Shown here piece by piece: positions 19,618 to 29,460 of a DNA stretch of 64,000 bases. Numbering within the stretch: the first letter of the stretch is position 1; each line of letters opens with the position of its first letter. A model generated the notes under the pieces. That model was not told the origin of the DNA. It did not search any database and saw only the letters and a program-made list of their open reading frames with translations. Both the position numbers and the translations under genes were made by a program. The stretch comes from a candidate division WOR-3 bacterium (GTDB taxonomy: Bacteria; Hydrothermota; Hydrothermia; LBFQ01): NCBI GenBank assembly GCA_039802605.1, contig JBDRWW010000005.1, positions 36,902 to 100,901 on the forward strand, read 5' to 3'.

Positions 19618-20379
19618 TTATATATTTGATAGGTTTTCCGCAAAATATGTGGGGACTATTTTCAACCTTTCCACATCTTCAAGGGTATGTACGCCCGTTA
19701 AAACAAAAACCGTGGGTATGTTTAGCCTATTCCCGCCGATAATATCCGTATCCAGCCTATCCCCTATTACTATTGCGGTTTCTATACTCCCCGAGAATTC
19801 GTAAATATAACGGTTTGGTTTTCCCATAACGGCATCCGGCTCCCTACCAGAAGCGTATGATATAGCCGAAACCAAGGAACCCGCGCCGGGCAAGATCCCA
19901 TCCGATTTTTTTATATGTGCATCCGTATTTGTGGCTATAAATGTTAGTCCCCTATGAACAAAGTTTGCCGCTTTTTTTAGTTTCTCATAGTTAAAATTCC
20001 TATCCAAACCCACCACAACGGCTTCGGGATTGACATCATCGGTTGTAATACCTTTGCTTTTTAATGGGTCAATCAGTCCGTCCTCACCTATTGCAAAAAC
20101 CCTTTTTATACCCCTTTTAAAAAGGTATTCCGCCGCAACGACGGAAGGGGTTATAACCTTGTCGGGATACAAACCCAAAGCCCTCAACCTTTCGGCATAG
20201 TACTCCGGCGTTCTTGTGGAGTTGTTGGTTAAGAACACCAATTTTTTACCCATTTCCTTTAACCTCTTTAAACCCTCAACATTTTCCCAAATAACTTCCT
20301 CCTCCATCCACACAACACCATCCAAATCGCACAAAACGGTTTCAAACTTTCTAAAATCATCAATTGTTATCCTTTTCAC
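19618..20379 (-). CDS. HAD-IIA hydrolase (NagD-like)
   Basis: DLDGV, LTNNS, GKP, GDRLDTDI. Confidence 0.92.
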   Translation of the reverse strand: MKRITIDDFRKFETVLCDLDGVVWMEEEVIWENVEGLKRLKEMGKKLVFLTNNSTRTPEYYAERLRALGLYPDKVITPSVVAAEYLFKRGIKRVFAIGEDGLIDPLKSKGITTDDVNPEAVVVGLDRNFNYEKLKKAANFVHRGLTFIATNTDAHIKKSDGILPGAGSLVSAISYASGREPDAVMGKPNRYIYEFSGSIETAIVIGDRLDTDIIGGNRLNIPTVFVLTGVHTLEDVERLKIVPTYFAENLSNI

Positions 20380-21125
20380 CTAAAACCGTAAATTTTTACA
20401 ATTGTGGGCGAAAAGGACGAGAGGATTTTTGAGGCCAAGAAGTCCCCAAAGGATATAAAAACCTCTTCCTTTTCGCGGATTATTGACTTTACTATTTTAT
20501 CCGCAACCTTATCGGGTGAAACGGCTCTACCAACGGGTTTGGACCTTTCTCCGATGGTTTTTTCAAAAAATGGGGTTTTAACCGCCGGTGGATAAACGTT
20601 TATGATTTTTATCCCCTTATCCTTTAACTCCTCCCTTAGAGACATAAATATAAACCTCTCGGCGGATTTTGAGGTGGCATAAATGTTCCATTTAGGCAAG
20701 GGCAAAAATGCTATAAGGCTTATAACATTGACGATTATGGCCTTTTCGCCGTTTTTAAATTTTGCGAATTCTATTGATAAATCCAAAGGCGCCCAGAAGT
20801 TAACCTCCATTATGGTTTGCAAATCCTTCCAGTTGGAATGTAAAAGACTTCCAAAATAACCCACACCGGCGTTGTTTATCAAGATATCAACACCATCAAG
20901 GATTTCATAGGCGGATGGTATTAAACCCTTTCTCGCGGATGCATCCCTTAAATCCAACCTAAAAGTTTTTATTTCGGGAAATTCCTCTTTTAGTTTTTTT
21001 AATGCCTCTTCGTTTTTGCCCACGGCCAAAATCTTCGCATTTCTCTCGTAGAGTTTCCTAACCAAGGAATAACCTATTCCGGAAGTTGCCCCCGTTATGA
21101 TAACGCCTTTCCCCTCAATTTTCAT
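20376..21125 (-). CDS. Short-chain dehydrogenase/reductase
   Basis: [17 protein letters not shown]. Confidence 0.92.
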   Translation of the reverse strand: MKIEGKGVIITGATSGIGYSLVRKLYERNAKILAVGKNEEALKKLKEEFPEIKTFRLDLRDASARKGLIPSAYEILDGVDILINNAGVGYFGSLLHSNWKDLQTIMEVNFWAPLDLSIEFAKFKNGEKAIIVNVISLIAFLPLPKWNIYATSKSAERFIFMSLREELKDKGIKIINVYPPAVKTPFFEKTIGERSKPVGRAVSPDKVADKIVKSIIREKEEVFISFGDFLASKILSSFSPTIVKIYGFR

Positions 21126-22215
21126 TTCTTTTCTTTGACAATTCTAGGAGCTTTTTGTAAAGCTCCCTTTCTTCCTTACTTATACCGCGTGGTACTTTTA
21201 TGGTTGCCTTTAACAACAGATCGCCGCTTCCCCCACCCGGATCGGGAATCCCTTTACCCCTAATCCTTGCGAATATTTCACCGTTTTGCAAACCTTCCGG
21301 GATTTTAACCCTTATTTTTTCACCGGTTAAATGTACAAACTCCGTTTCACCACCCAAAACGGCCAATGGTGGCTCAACTTCAAGGTTGTATATTAGGTCT
21401 CTATTGTTTCTCGTGTATTGTGGGTGTGGTTTTTCCTTTATGTGGATAACAAGCCTCCCCCTTCCCCTCCTACCCTCATGCCCCCAATTTTTATAAACCA
21501 CTTTTTGCCCATTAAGAACACCGGGCGGTATATTTACAACCCTTTGTACCTCCTCCCATACAAACCCCCTACCCCCACATCTATAACAGGTTTTACCACT
21601 AATTCCCCTACCCCCACAGTTTGAGCAAACCGTATCTACATAAAAAGTACCTATGAAAGTCCTGTTGGCCCTCCTAATCCTACCGCTTCCATAACAAACG
21701 GGACAGGTATGCGGGTCGGTTATACCCTCACCCCTGCAAACCGGACATAAGACCTTTCTGGTATATTTAATCCTTTTCTCCGCTCCCTTAACTATTTCTT
21801 CCAGATCCAATTCCAAATCAATATGCACATCAAGGTCTTCCACCTCTTCATATACCCTTCTACCCCTCCCGAAAAGGGTTTCAAATATATCCTCAAACCT
21901 TCCAAAACCCCTTCCAAATATGTTTTCCAAAATCTCGTCTACGGTCATACCCGAGAAATCAACACCCACATCGGGTGCCCCTGTATCGGGATCCCATCCC
22001 CTATCATACATTTCTCTCTTTTTCGGATCGGATAACACCGCGTAGGCCTCGCTTATCTCCTTGAACTTTTGCTCCGCTTCCGCCTTTTTTTCGGGTGGAA
22101 CCCTGTCGGGATGCCATTGCATTGCCAATTTGGCAAAAGCGGCATCTATTTGTTCTTTCGTTGCATTACGGGGAACGCCCAGAATCTCATAATAATCCTT
22201 TTTATTCGCCCTCAT
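21115..22215 (-). CDS. dnaJ: Chaperone DnaJ
   Basis: J domain with HPD, G/F region, four CxxCxGxG repeats. Confidence 0.92.
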   Translation of the reverse strand: MRANKKDYYEILGVPRNATKEQIDAAFAKLAMQWHPDRVPPEKKAEAEQKFKEISEAYAVLSDPKKREMYDRGWDPDTGAPDVGVDFSGMTVDEILENIFGRGFGRFEDIFETLFGRGRRVYEEVEDLDVHIDLELDLEEIVKGAEKRIKYTRKVLCPVCRGEGITDPHTCPVCYGSGRIRRANRTFIGTFYVDTVCSNCGGRGISGKTCYRCGGRGFVWEEVQRVVNIPPGVLNGQKVVYKNWGHEGRRGRGRLVIHIKEKPHPQYTRNNRDLIYNLEVEPPLAVLGGETEFVHLTGEKIRVKIPEGLQNGEIFARIRGKGIPDPGGGSGDLLLKATIKVPRGISKEERELYKKLLELSKKRNEN

Positions 22216-22216
22216 A

Positions 22217-22570
22217 TCACAACCACTTTATAGCACCCTTACCCCAAGCATATATATAACCAACCAATAAAACCAAGATAAAGAAACCCCCTTCTAGCGC
22301 CGCCAAAAGCTTCAAATCCCCCACTTGCAACGCCCACGGGAATAACAATATAGCCTCAACATCAAAAATTAAAAATATTACCGCAACCAAAAAGTATTTT
22401 ACGGCAAGTTTTCCTTTTGGCCACTTACCGGGCTTCACCCCGGATTCGTAGGGCTCCAACTTCTCCTTATTTGGTCTTTTTGGACCCAAAACAAAGGACA
22501 AAACAACACCCGAATACCCCAACACTATGGCTATTAACAACATTACACCCAACTTCCAGAGTTCCTCCAT
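22217..22570 (-). CDS. nuoA: NADH-quinone oxidoreductase subunit A (copy 2, orphan)
   Basis: [29 protein letters not shown]; likely ATG at 22570, 10 nt after TAAAAT. Confidence 0.9.
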   Translation of the reverse strand: MEELWKLGVMLLIAIVLGYSGVVLSFVLGPKRPNKEKLEPYESGVKPGKWPKGKLAVKYFLVAVIFLIFDVEAILLFPWALQVGDLKLLAALEGGFFILVLLVGYIYAWGKGAIKWL

Positions 22571-22651
22571 AAAGTTGTGTATTTTAAGGTTGTTAATTGT
22601 GGGTTTAATATGCCACCCCCGGTAAATCACTCACCCTTAAAATACCGTTCT

Positions 22652-22904
22652 TTGAGGGAGAAATTGGGTGAGGAAGCAACGGATTCGCTTAGTTATGGAA
22701 GCCGCCGAGGATAGGTTTGCTAGGAGATTGGCGGAGGAAATTGGGAAGTTAAGGGTGGAAATGTATAACGAAATGGGGAAATTAAGGGCAGAGATGCACC
22801 AATTCAAAGGGGATATAGTTAAATGGATGTTTGTGTTTTGGATTGGACAGGTTATAGCCCTCGGAAGTTTGATGTTTGCAATGATAAAAATTTTTCGGGA
22901 ATAG
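22652..22904 (+). pseudogene. CCDC90/DUF1640-like coiled-coil protein with frameshifting deletion
   Basis: TTG 22652 gives LREKLGEEATDSL; the frame switches near 22690 to VMEAAEDRFARRLAEE...DIVKWMFVFWIGQ. Confidence 0.65.
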
Positions 22905-22916
22905 AATAACGGCTTA

Positions 22917-23834
22917 ATGAAACACCTACTTGATATTGAAACCCTGCAAGTTGAAGATATTTTAAAAATCCTTGATACCGCCGAGATCTTTTTAAAAGTT
23001 TTGGATCAGCCTTCCAAGAAATTACCAACGCTAAAAGGTAAAACGGTTCTGTTTATGTTCCTTGAACCCTCAACTAGGACTCAAATGTCTTTTGAATTGG
23101 CCGCTAAAAGGCTTTCGGCCGACACCATAAACTTCTCGCCCTCAAAATCCTCCATGCAAAAAGGCGAAACCCTACTTGATACGCTTTTGAACCTACAATC
23201 TATGGAAATAGATGCAATAGTTGTAAGGAGTTCTTCGCCGGGAGCACCACACTTTTTAGCAAAACACACAAATGCAAGCGTTATAAACGCGGGGGATGGT
23301 ATGCACGAACATCCAACGCAGGCCTTGCTTGATGCCTTTACGGTAAGGAAAAAATTGGGGAAATTGGAAAACTTAAAAATACTCATAGTGGGCGATATTT
23401 TGCATTCAAGGGTTGCAAGGTCAAACCTGTTTTTGTGGAAAAAGTTTAATTCAGAGGTTTATTTTAGTGGCCCTCCAACCCTTGTACCTAAGGAATTTGA
23501 AAAATTGGGGGCAAAAATTGTAAATTTTGACGAGTATATTGATAAAGTTGATGTTATAATGGCTTTGAGGGTTCAGAGGGAAAGGATGGAGGGATCGTTT
23601 ATACCATCTGTGAGGGAATACAGAAAATTCTGGGGTATAACGGTTGAGAGGCTAAATAAGATTCCGGAGAAAACTATAATTATGCATCCAGGCCCCGTAA
23701 ATTGGGGTGTTGAAATGGATTGGGAGGTTAATCATAGGGAAAACACCGTAATTTTGGATCAGGTTAGGAATGGCGTTGCGGTTAGAATGTCCGTATTGTA
23801 TCACTTACTCGCAAAAGCGGAGGATATGAGGTGA
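22917..23834 (+). CDS. pyrB: Aspartate carbamoyltransferase catalytic subunit
   Basis: EPSTRT, HEHPTQALLD, GDILHSRVARS, HPGP. Confidence 0.97.
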   Translation: MKHLLDIETLQVEDILKILDTAEIFLKVLDQPSKKLPTLKGKTVLFMFLEPSTRTQMSFELAAKRLSADTINFSPSKSSMQKGETLLDTLLNLQSMEIDAIVVRSSSPGAPHFLAKHTNASVINAGDGMHEHPTQALLDAFTVRKKLGKLENLKILIVGDILHSRVARSNLFLWKKFNSEVYFSGPPTLVPKEFEKLGAKIVNFDEYIDKVDVIMALRVQRERMEGSFIPSVREYRKFWGITVERLNKIPEKTIIMHPGPVNWGVEMDWEVNHRENTVILDQVRNGVAVRMSVLYHLLAKAEDMR

Positions 23835-24991
23835 AGGGGATTTTGTACTATCCTTACAAGGCTTTAACTGTTAAAAAGATCTCATTGGCCTTTATATGGG
23901 TCTTGATAGGGGCGGTTTTGTATTCTTCATTTACATATTTGGCATATTATGTGTCGGGTTTGGATTTATCAAGGGTTTGGGAGATAAACGGTTTATTCCC
24001 CATACCCATATGGGCTAAAACCTTTCCAAAATACTTGCCGGAAAGGGGGGGAAATGTGCTATTCCCCACGGATTTTGAGGTATTCAATTTTTGGGGAAAG
24101 GTTCTTTGGTTCTTAGGAGTTTATGGGGTTATATATTCATACTTTTCGGCGGGCATAGGGATTTCAAGGTTTGTTATAGAGGAGGAAAGGGGAGACCCTT
24201 TTTATCCATTTTTGGATGCCTTAAAGGAATCGTTTAAAAAATCCGGCCTCTTCATAACATCAACCCTAACCGTAATTTCCTCTTTTGTAATAGTGATTAT
24301 AGTTCATCTGTTGATTTCGCTTTGGGGGAATTTTAAAGGTTTGGTTTATTTAACAGGTGCAGTACTGATCATTGTTTTTCCGTTTTTGGTTGTTTTGAGC
24401 GCCCTGTTTTTATACCTGATTTTGGGATTTTTGAGCGTTGTAATCTTTGGCCCCGTAGTTTCCACATCAATGGAAGGGGATACATTTGACCTGTTTTATG
24501 AAGGCTTCACCATTTTAAACGAGAGATTGGTTAAGGCCATATTTTTGGAAGGCATAAACTTTGCGGTTAAAATTTTCTCATTTTCCCTGTTTTCATATGT
24601 GTTTTTAAGGGCGGTGTTGTTATCTTTAAAAATTTTAACCCTTATATCCCCAAGGCTGAAATTCATCCTTTATTCAAATATAGACCTCGTTTCCTTTCCA
24701 CAACTCCATCCCCTACTATCGCAATACTTTGCCTTTATCATACCCCGTGAGTTTTTCGTTCCCATCGCCACCCCCATACCATCACCGCTTACAAATACAT
24801 TTTCTATCGTATTTTCAGTCTGGTTTTTTGTTTTTATGTTTGTATGTTCGGCGGTTTATGTAAGCCTTACTTGGACGGGTAGAACATATGTTTATAGGGA
24901 AATGGTTAAGGATAAAGATGGCTTGGATATATTTGCAATAAAACCAAAATTGCTAAATTTCAAGGTTGAGACCCAATCCCAAACCGAATAG
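23831..24991 (+). CDS. Multi-pass membrane protein, unknown function
   Basis: Several long hydrophobic segments; coupled to pyrB. Confidence 0.7.
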   Translation: MKGILYYPYKALTVKKISLAFIWVLIGAVLYSSFTYLAYYVSGLDLSRVWEINGLFPIPIWAKTFPKYLPERGGNVLFPTDFEVFNFWGKVLWFLGVYGVIYSYFSAGIGISRFVIEEERGDPFYPFLDALKESFKKSGLFITSTLTVISSFVIVIIVHLLISLWGNFKGLVYLTGAVLIIVFPFLVVLSALFLYLILGFLSVVIFGPVVSTSMEGDTFDLFYEGFTILNERLVKAIFLEGINFAVKIFSFSLFSYVFLRAVLLSLKILTLISPRLKFILYSNIDLVSFPQLHPLLSQYFAFIIPREFFVPIATPIPSPLTNTFSIVFSVWFFVFMFVCSAVYVSLTWTGRTYVYREMVKDKDGLDIFAIKPKLLNFKVETQSQTE

Positions 24992-26527
24992 CGTATTTAT
25001 TTTCCTTTCTTCTTTGGTTTTACCGTTTATAGCCTTTGATATTTCGGATAACTTAATCCTTTCGGCGGAAATCATCAAAATCCAAGGGGTATCCTTATAC
25101 TTGTAATTTAAAGATGTTCTCAGGGATGCGGGGTTTTTACCCCCTTCGTTTAGTATTCCTATGCCCATAGCGAGTTTTAAGGATTTATAGGTGTATAGCC
25201 CTTCAAACCTAAGCCTCTCATATCCCCCCAAAAATGCTATGAACCTTACAAAGGGTGCTCCCAAACCCATCCCAAAGGAAGAATTCTTTACGACATAAAG
25301 CGTTGTATTCCAAAACATTAAATCAACACCTAAGAATGCCTCCATCCTATCATCGGGGGTTAAGGTGTTATCACCGTAGAGGAAGTTGTCCGCGTAACCC
25401 CTCACAAAATATACACCAAATTCAACCGTTCTCTTCTTCTTATAAACGCTGCCAATATTTACAGGCTTGGGAGCTTCAACGCTTAAAGTTTCCCCTTTTC
25501 CTTTATCCTCTTCGGACTCTGTGGATTCTTCGTAGGTTTCTTCTTTTGCGGTGGTATCTTTCTCCTCGGGGTTCAAAAGTTTTTCAACGGTTTCCTTATT
25601 ATAGTTATCGTCAAACAGGGATGGTTTGAGTTTATAAGCGGTGTTGTATTCCCTTTGCGCTATCTTGTAAGCATTATACTTATAGGCCAAGAATCCGTAA
25701 AAGAAATGCCCTTCGGCGTAATTTGGGTCTATTTCTATGGCCTTTTGGGCGTGGGTTATAGCCTCGTTGTAATCTTCAAAGAAGAGGGCCTTTATCAAAC
25801 CCCTTCCCAGTTCCTCATAAGCCTCATACATATCCGTACCCGCATATTTTCCTTTGAAACCCCTGAGATCCACCTTCCTCAAAACCTTTTTGACAACATG
25901 CGTGGGTACGGCATAAGATATCGCTTCCCTGCCGCCTCCCTCTTTGGCAAACACAACTCCAATAACATCCCCATTCCTATCAATCAAAGGCCCCCCACTA
26001 TTTCCCGGATTTACACTCATGTTTAAGGCAATGGGATTTGCATTTTTATCGGAGGCCACAAACCCAAACATAACCTTTAATTCGTTGTCATGATAAGATG
26101 TTCCCGGATATCCCAGGGCGGCTACCGGTTCCCCCTGGTTCAAGGTTTCCCTTGAAGAAAGACTTATGGTTGGAAAATTCTCACCGGTAATCTTTAAGAC
26201 TGCGATATCGTTATCCGGGTCATCGTATATAACCTCCGCAAAGTATAACCTATCAACCAACTCTTTAAAGTTTGTAGCAGTAGGACCGTTTAACAAAACC
26301 GCTATTATCTTACCCGACCTTATAACATGACTATTGGTTATTATTGTACCGTTTTTATCAACAAAGAAACCAGAACCCGTTGATACATTCCAATCCGCGA
26401 CCACATCCCCAACGGATCTGAGTTTTGGCAAACCAAAGGATATTATCCTGATCACGGCATCCTTTTTGTCCTTAGTTAATAGCGCATCCCAATTGGGTAA
26501 AGTTATCTGTCCTAAAAGCATTAGCAT
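24953..26527 (-). CDS. S1C trypsin-like serine protease with TPR and putative C-terminal beta-barrel
   Basis: TNSHV / DIAVLK / GNSGG triad, TPR AIEIDPNYAEG, acidic linker, amphipathic strands ending LGLGLNLEI; ATG 26527 (alternative TTG 26533). Confidence 0.8.
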   Translation of the reverse strand: MLMLLGQITLPNWDALLTKDKKDAVIRIISFGLPKLRSVGDVVADWNVSTGSGFFVDKNGTIITNSHVIRSGKIIAVLLNGPTATNFKELVDRLYFAEVIYDDPDNDIAVLKITGENFPTISLSSRETLNQGEPVAALGYPGTSYHDNELKVMFGFVASDKNANPIALNMSVNPGNSGGPLIDRNGDVIGVVFAKEGGGREAISYAVPTHVVKKVLRKVDLRGFKGKYAGTDMYEAYEELGRGLIKALFFEDYNEAITHAQKAIEIDPNYAEGHFFYGFLAYKYNAYKIAQREYNTAYKLKPSLFDDNYNKETVEKLLNPEEKDTTAKEETYEESTESEEDKGKGETLSVEAPKPVNIGSVYKKKRTVEFGVYFVRGYADNFLYGDNTLTPDDRMEAFLGVDLMFWNTTLYVVKNSSFGMGLGAPFVRFIAFLGGYERLRFEGLYTYKSLKLAMGIGILNEGGKNPASLRTSLNYKYKDTPWILMISAERIKLSEISKAINGKTKEERKINTLFGLGLGLNLEI

Positions 26528-26597
26528 ATGCAACCAATATTATAAAGCCGATGTGTTTGTTCGTTAAACAAAGCATTCCCATTTACAATAAACACCT

Positions 26598-27158
26598 ATG
26601 AAATTGCTGGAAAAGTTCAATTTTAGGAGATTGTACGCGGTATATCCCACTTCCGCGGTCGTGGCCACGGCATATGATGGGGAAAATAAGGCCGTTATGA
26701 GCTTGGTATGGCACACCCCATTGTCCTTTGATCCGCCTTTATACGGCATTTCAGTATCCCCCAAAAGGTTTAGCCACGATATATTTTTAAAGGCGCGGGC
26801 CTTTGCGGTTCATTATTTCCATTATAATTATTCCGATTTCGTTGAAAAGGTTGGTTCGGTTAGCGGGAGGGATGTTGATAAATACAAAGAGTTTAAAATT
26901 GATTTCTTCACCTCACCGTTAAACAATCCCATAATAAAAACTGCTTTTTTGGTTTTGGATTGCTATTATGTTGAACACTATGTAATAGGCGATCATACGC
27001 TAATTGTTGGGGAGGTTCAAAGGGTATATTACGACGAAGGAAAAGTTGAAATAAAGGATGATTATATTTTGCTGAAAGACAAGAGAACGGTCTTATATGC
27101 GGGTATGGGTGAATACATAACATCCGACCCAAAAACTTTGATTAAGTTAAGAAAGTGA
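26598..27158 (+). CDS. Flavin reductase-like protein
   Basis: SFDPP, GSVSGRDVDK, GDHTLIVGEV. Confidence 0.9.
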   Translation: MKLLEKFNFRRLYAVYPTSAVVATAYDGENKAVMSLVWHTPLSFDPPLYGISVSPKRFSHDIFLKARAFAVHYFHYNYSDFVEKVGSVSGRDVDKYKEFKIDFFTSPLNNPIIKTAFLVLDCYYVEHYVIGDHTLIVGEVQRVYYDEGKVEIKDDYILLKDKRTVLYAGMGEYITSDPKTLIKLRK

Positions 27159-27161
27159 GGT

Positions 27162-28790
27162 TTAATCAAATTTTCCCGGAGAGTAAAGGCTCTTGTAAAT
27201 CCAATAGCCCTTCAAAACCCTCCTGACATAAGCACGGGTTTCGTTGTAGGGTATAATATCAATGAATAGGTCGTAATCAAGTCTTTCATACTCGTAATCG
27301 CAAAGCCATCCGTTCAGCGCTCCCATACCGGCGTTATAAGACGCCAAGGCCAAAGCGTAATCGGGGAAAACCCTTAAATATTCCGAAAAAACCCAGGCTC
27401 CAATTAAAAGGTTTGTCTTCGGGTCGTATGGATCTTTAATCCCCTTTTTGAACTTCCTTGAAAATTTTTTAACCTTGTCGGGCATAATTTGGGATAAACC
27501 CAAAGCACCGGCTGGGGATTGGGCTCTAACCATAAACCTACTTTCTTCCCTTATTAATGCTACAAATAAAAGGGGATCTATACCAAAGGTAGTTGAAGCC
27601 GAATCGATGTAATGGGAAAAGAACTTCTTGTTATAGGGGTAAGCGAGCTTTCCCCACCACAAGGGAATCCCCTCACTTTTATCGGAAATGTCATATATGT
27701 ACTGCAATACAAGGGAAGCCCTATAAAAATCCCCACTTTTCAGCAAATCCTTTAAATGCTTGTAAGCCGAGGGGATGTTTTTCAGGTAAAAATCCCTTGC
27801 GTATTGATAACCTGCGATTTTTTCAACAATTTTACCCATCTCGTAAAATCTGGTATCCCCCAATGTATCCCATAAGGCACCTTTCGACCATTTTGGCTTT
27901 ATTCCCAGTTTTAAGGAATAGTAATTTAAAGGATCCTCACTTTTTATTATGCGAACATAATAGGTGTCCCGTGTAATTTTGTATAGCCAAAAAGCCGCCC
28001 GAATCCTGTTAAAATCGCCATAACCGCCTTTACGAAAGGCCATATAAAGGTAGTTATAAGCATCCTCTATGTATCCCAAAATGTAAGCGGAAATACCCAG
28101 CCATACCAAACCATCCGATTCGGTGTTTTCATCAGCATAGGATTTTAATAGAGAAAATAGCCTGTAACCCAAATGTTTCATATCGGGTTTGGCCACTTCC
28201 GAGGCCATAAGTCTGAATGCCCTTTCTTCGTCCCCTATATCCGCCAAAACCTTTAAATAAACCTCTATTGAATCGTAAATTTCATCGGTTAGGGCTTTTA
28301 TCAAAGGTTTCACTATATATCCTCTCAAATACCATTTGGGGAGTTTAAGCATTTCGTCAAGGGTTAGGTCTGTAAATTTGCTCTTTGCTACAAGATAAAG
28401 GGAATACTCGTTTTCCTTTGTGGTATCGGCATACTTAAATACGCTATCGTAAAGTTTGTGGTCGAGGAATACGCGCAATTTGTTATAGTTGTCCAAAAGG
28501 GGTATTGCCTTCAAAGAAAACGGGTAATATGGGTATAACTTTGCGAGTTTAATTAGGGAAGATGTATCGGCGAATAATTCGTATTTGGCTTTTAAAACCT
28601 CGGGTATTTCGGGGCAAAGGGTGTAGTCGGTTTTAACACCTTTAAGGGCAATAAATTTACAAGACAATGTGCAAGGAGGGGTTGGATTATTGCAAACCTC
28701 CTTTAATAAACCGTACTCCCCCGCCTTTATCCTATCATAAAGTAAAAACCCCTCAATTTCGGGATATGAGGATATAAGAAATAAGCTCAT
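27162..28790 (-). CDS. Soluble lytic transglycosylase (Slt domain)
   Basis: IREESRF, GALGLSQIMP, ASYNAG, IPYNETRAYV. Confidence 0.9.
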   Translation of the reverse strand: MSLFLISSYPEIEGFLLYDRIKAGEYGLLKEVCNNPTPPCTLSCKFIALKGVKTDYTLCPEIPEVLKAKYELFADTSSLIKLAKLYPYYPFSLKAIPLLDNYNKLRVFLDHKLYDSVFKYADTTKENEYSLYLVAKSKFTDLTLDEMLKLPKWYLRGYIVKPLIKALTDEIYDSIEVYLKVLADIGDEERAFRLMASEVAKPDMKHLGYRLFSLLKSYADENTESDGLVWLGISAYILGYIEDAYNYLYMAFRKGGYGDFNRIRAAFWLYKITRDTYYVRIIKSEDPLNYYSLKLGIKPKWSKGALWDTLGDTRFYEMGKIVEKIAGYQYARDFYLKNIPSAYKHLKDLLKSGDFYRASLVLQYIYDISDKSEGIPLWWGKLAYPYNKKFFSHYIDSASTTFGIDPLLFVALIREESRFMVRAQSPAGALGLSQIMPDKVKKFSRKFKKGIKDPYDPKTNLLIGAWVFSEYLRVFPDYALALASYNAGMGALNGWLCDYEYERLDYDLFIDIIPYNETRAYVRRVLKGYWIYKSLYSPGKFD

Positions 28791-29374
28791 TTTTCAGAAG
28801 GCTTGTGTATAGCCTCTATTTGCAATTCAACCTTTACGGTTTTATCAACCACCAAACCCCCGGTTTCAAGTACCTTATTCCAGTTTAATCCGAAGTCAAA
28901 CCTGTTGATTTCAAAAGATGCCTCAACCCCTATCCTTAGATTGCCCCAAGGATCTTTAATTGGACCATTTATCGTGTAGGGAAAAGATACGGTTTTGGTA
29001 GTTCCCTTTATGGTTAAATCCGCATCCGCCCACCAAGTATTACCCTTTTTATAAACCTTTTTTACCACCATCCTCATTTCCGGATATTTTTCGGCATCAA
29101 AGAAATCGGGACTCCTCAAATGCTCATCCCTCCTTTCATTTCTCGTATCTATGCTTTGAACATAAACCACGCCTTCGGCCTTCGTGTTTTTTGGATTATC
29201 CGGGTCGTACTCTATCCAACCGTCAAACTTTTCAAATGTGCCCACGACCGTCGTCACCATCATGTGTTTTACCTTGAATGTAATGGATGTATGCGCTGGA
29301 TCCACCACAAACTTCAAAGGCTTTGCATATACCAATGCCGGCGCAAGGGCTAATAATATCGCCATCCTTTTCAT
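28787..29374 (-). CDS. YceI family periplasmic protein
   Basis: Signal peptide; VDPAHT, F.VKHM, RDEHLRSPDFF, INRFDFG. Confidence 0.93.
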   Translation of the reverse strand: MKRMAILLALAPALVYAKPLKFVVDPAHTSITFKVKHMMVTTVVGTFEKFDGWIEYDPDNPKNTKAEGVVYVQSIDTRNERRDEHLRSPDFFDAEKYPEMRMVVKKVYKKGNTWWADADLTIKGTTKTVSFPYTINGPIKDPWGNLRIGVEASFEINRFDFGLNWNKVLETGGLVVDKTVKVELQIEAIHKPSEK

Positions 29375-29460
29375 ATCAGCGGGTATAATAAGGTGTGAAG
29401 GGATACTTTTAGTAAATTATATGCCACTAAGATAATACCCAACTTTTTGGGTAAGTTTCC

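Noticed and set aside
29436-29453. TACCCAA-N4-TTGGGTA palindrome between uvrC and yceI
   Set aside because: Could be a weak terminator or an operator; too short to assign
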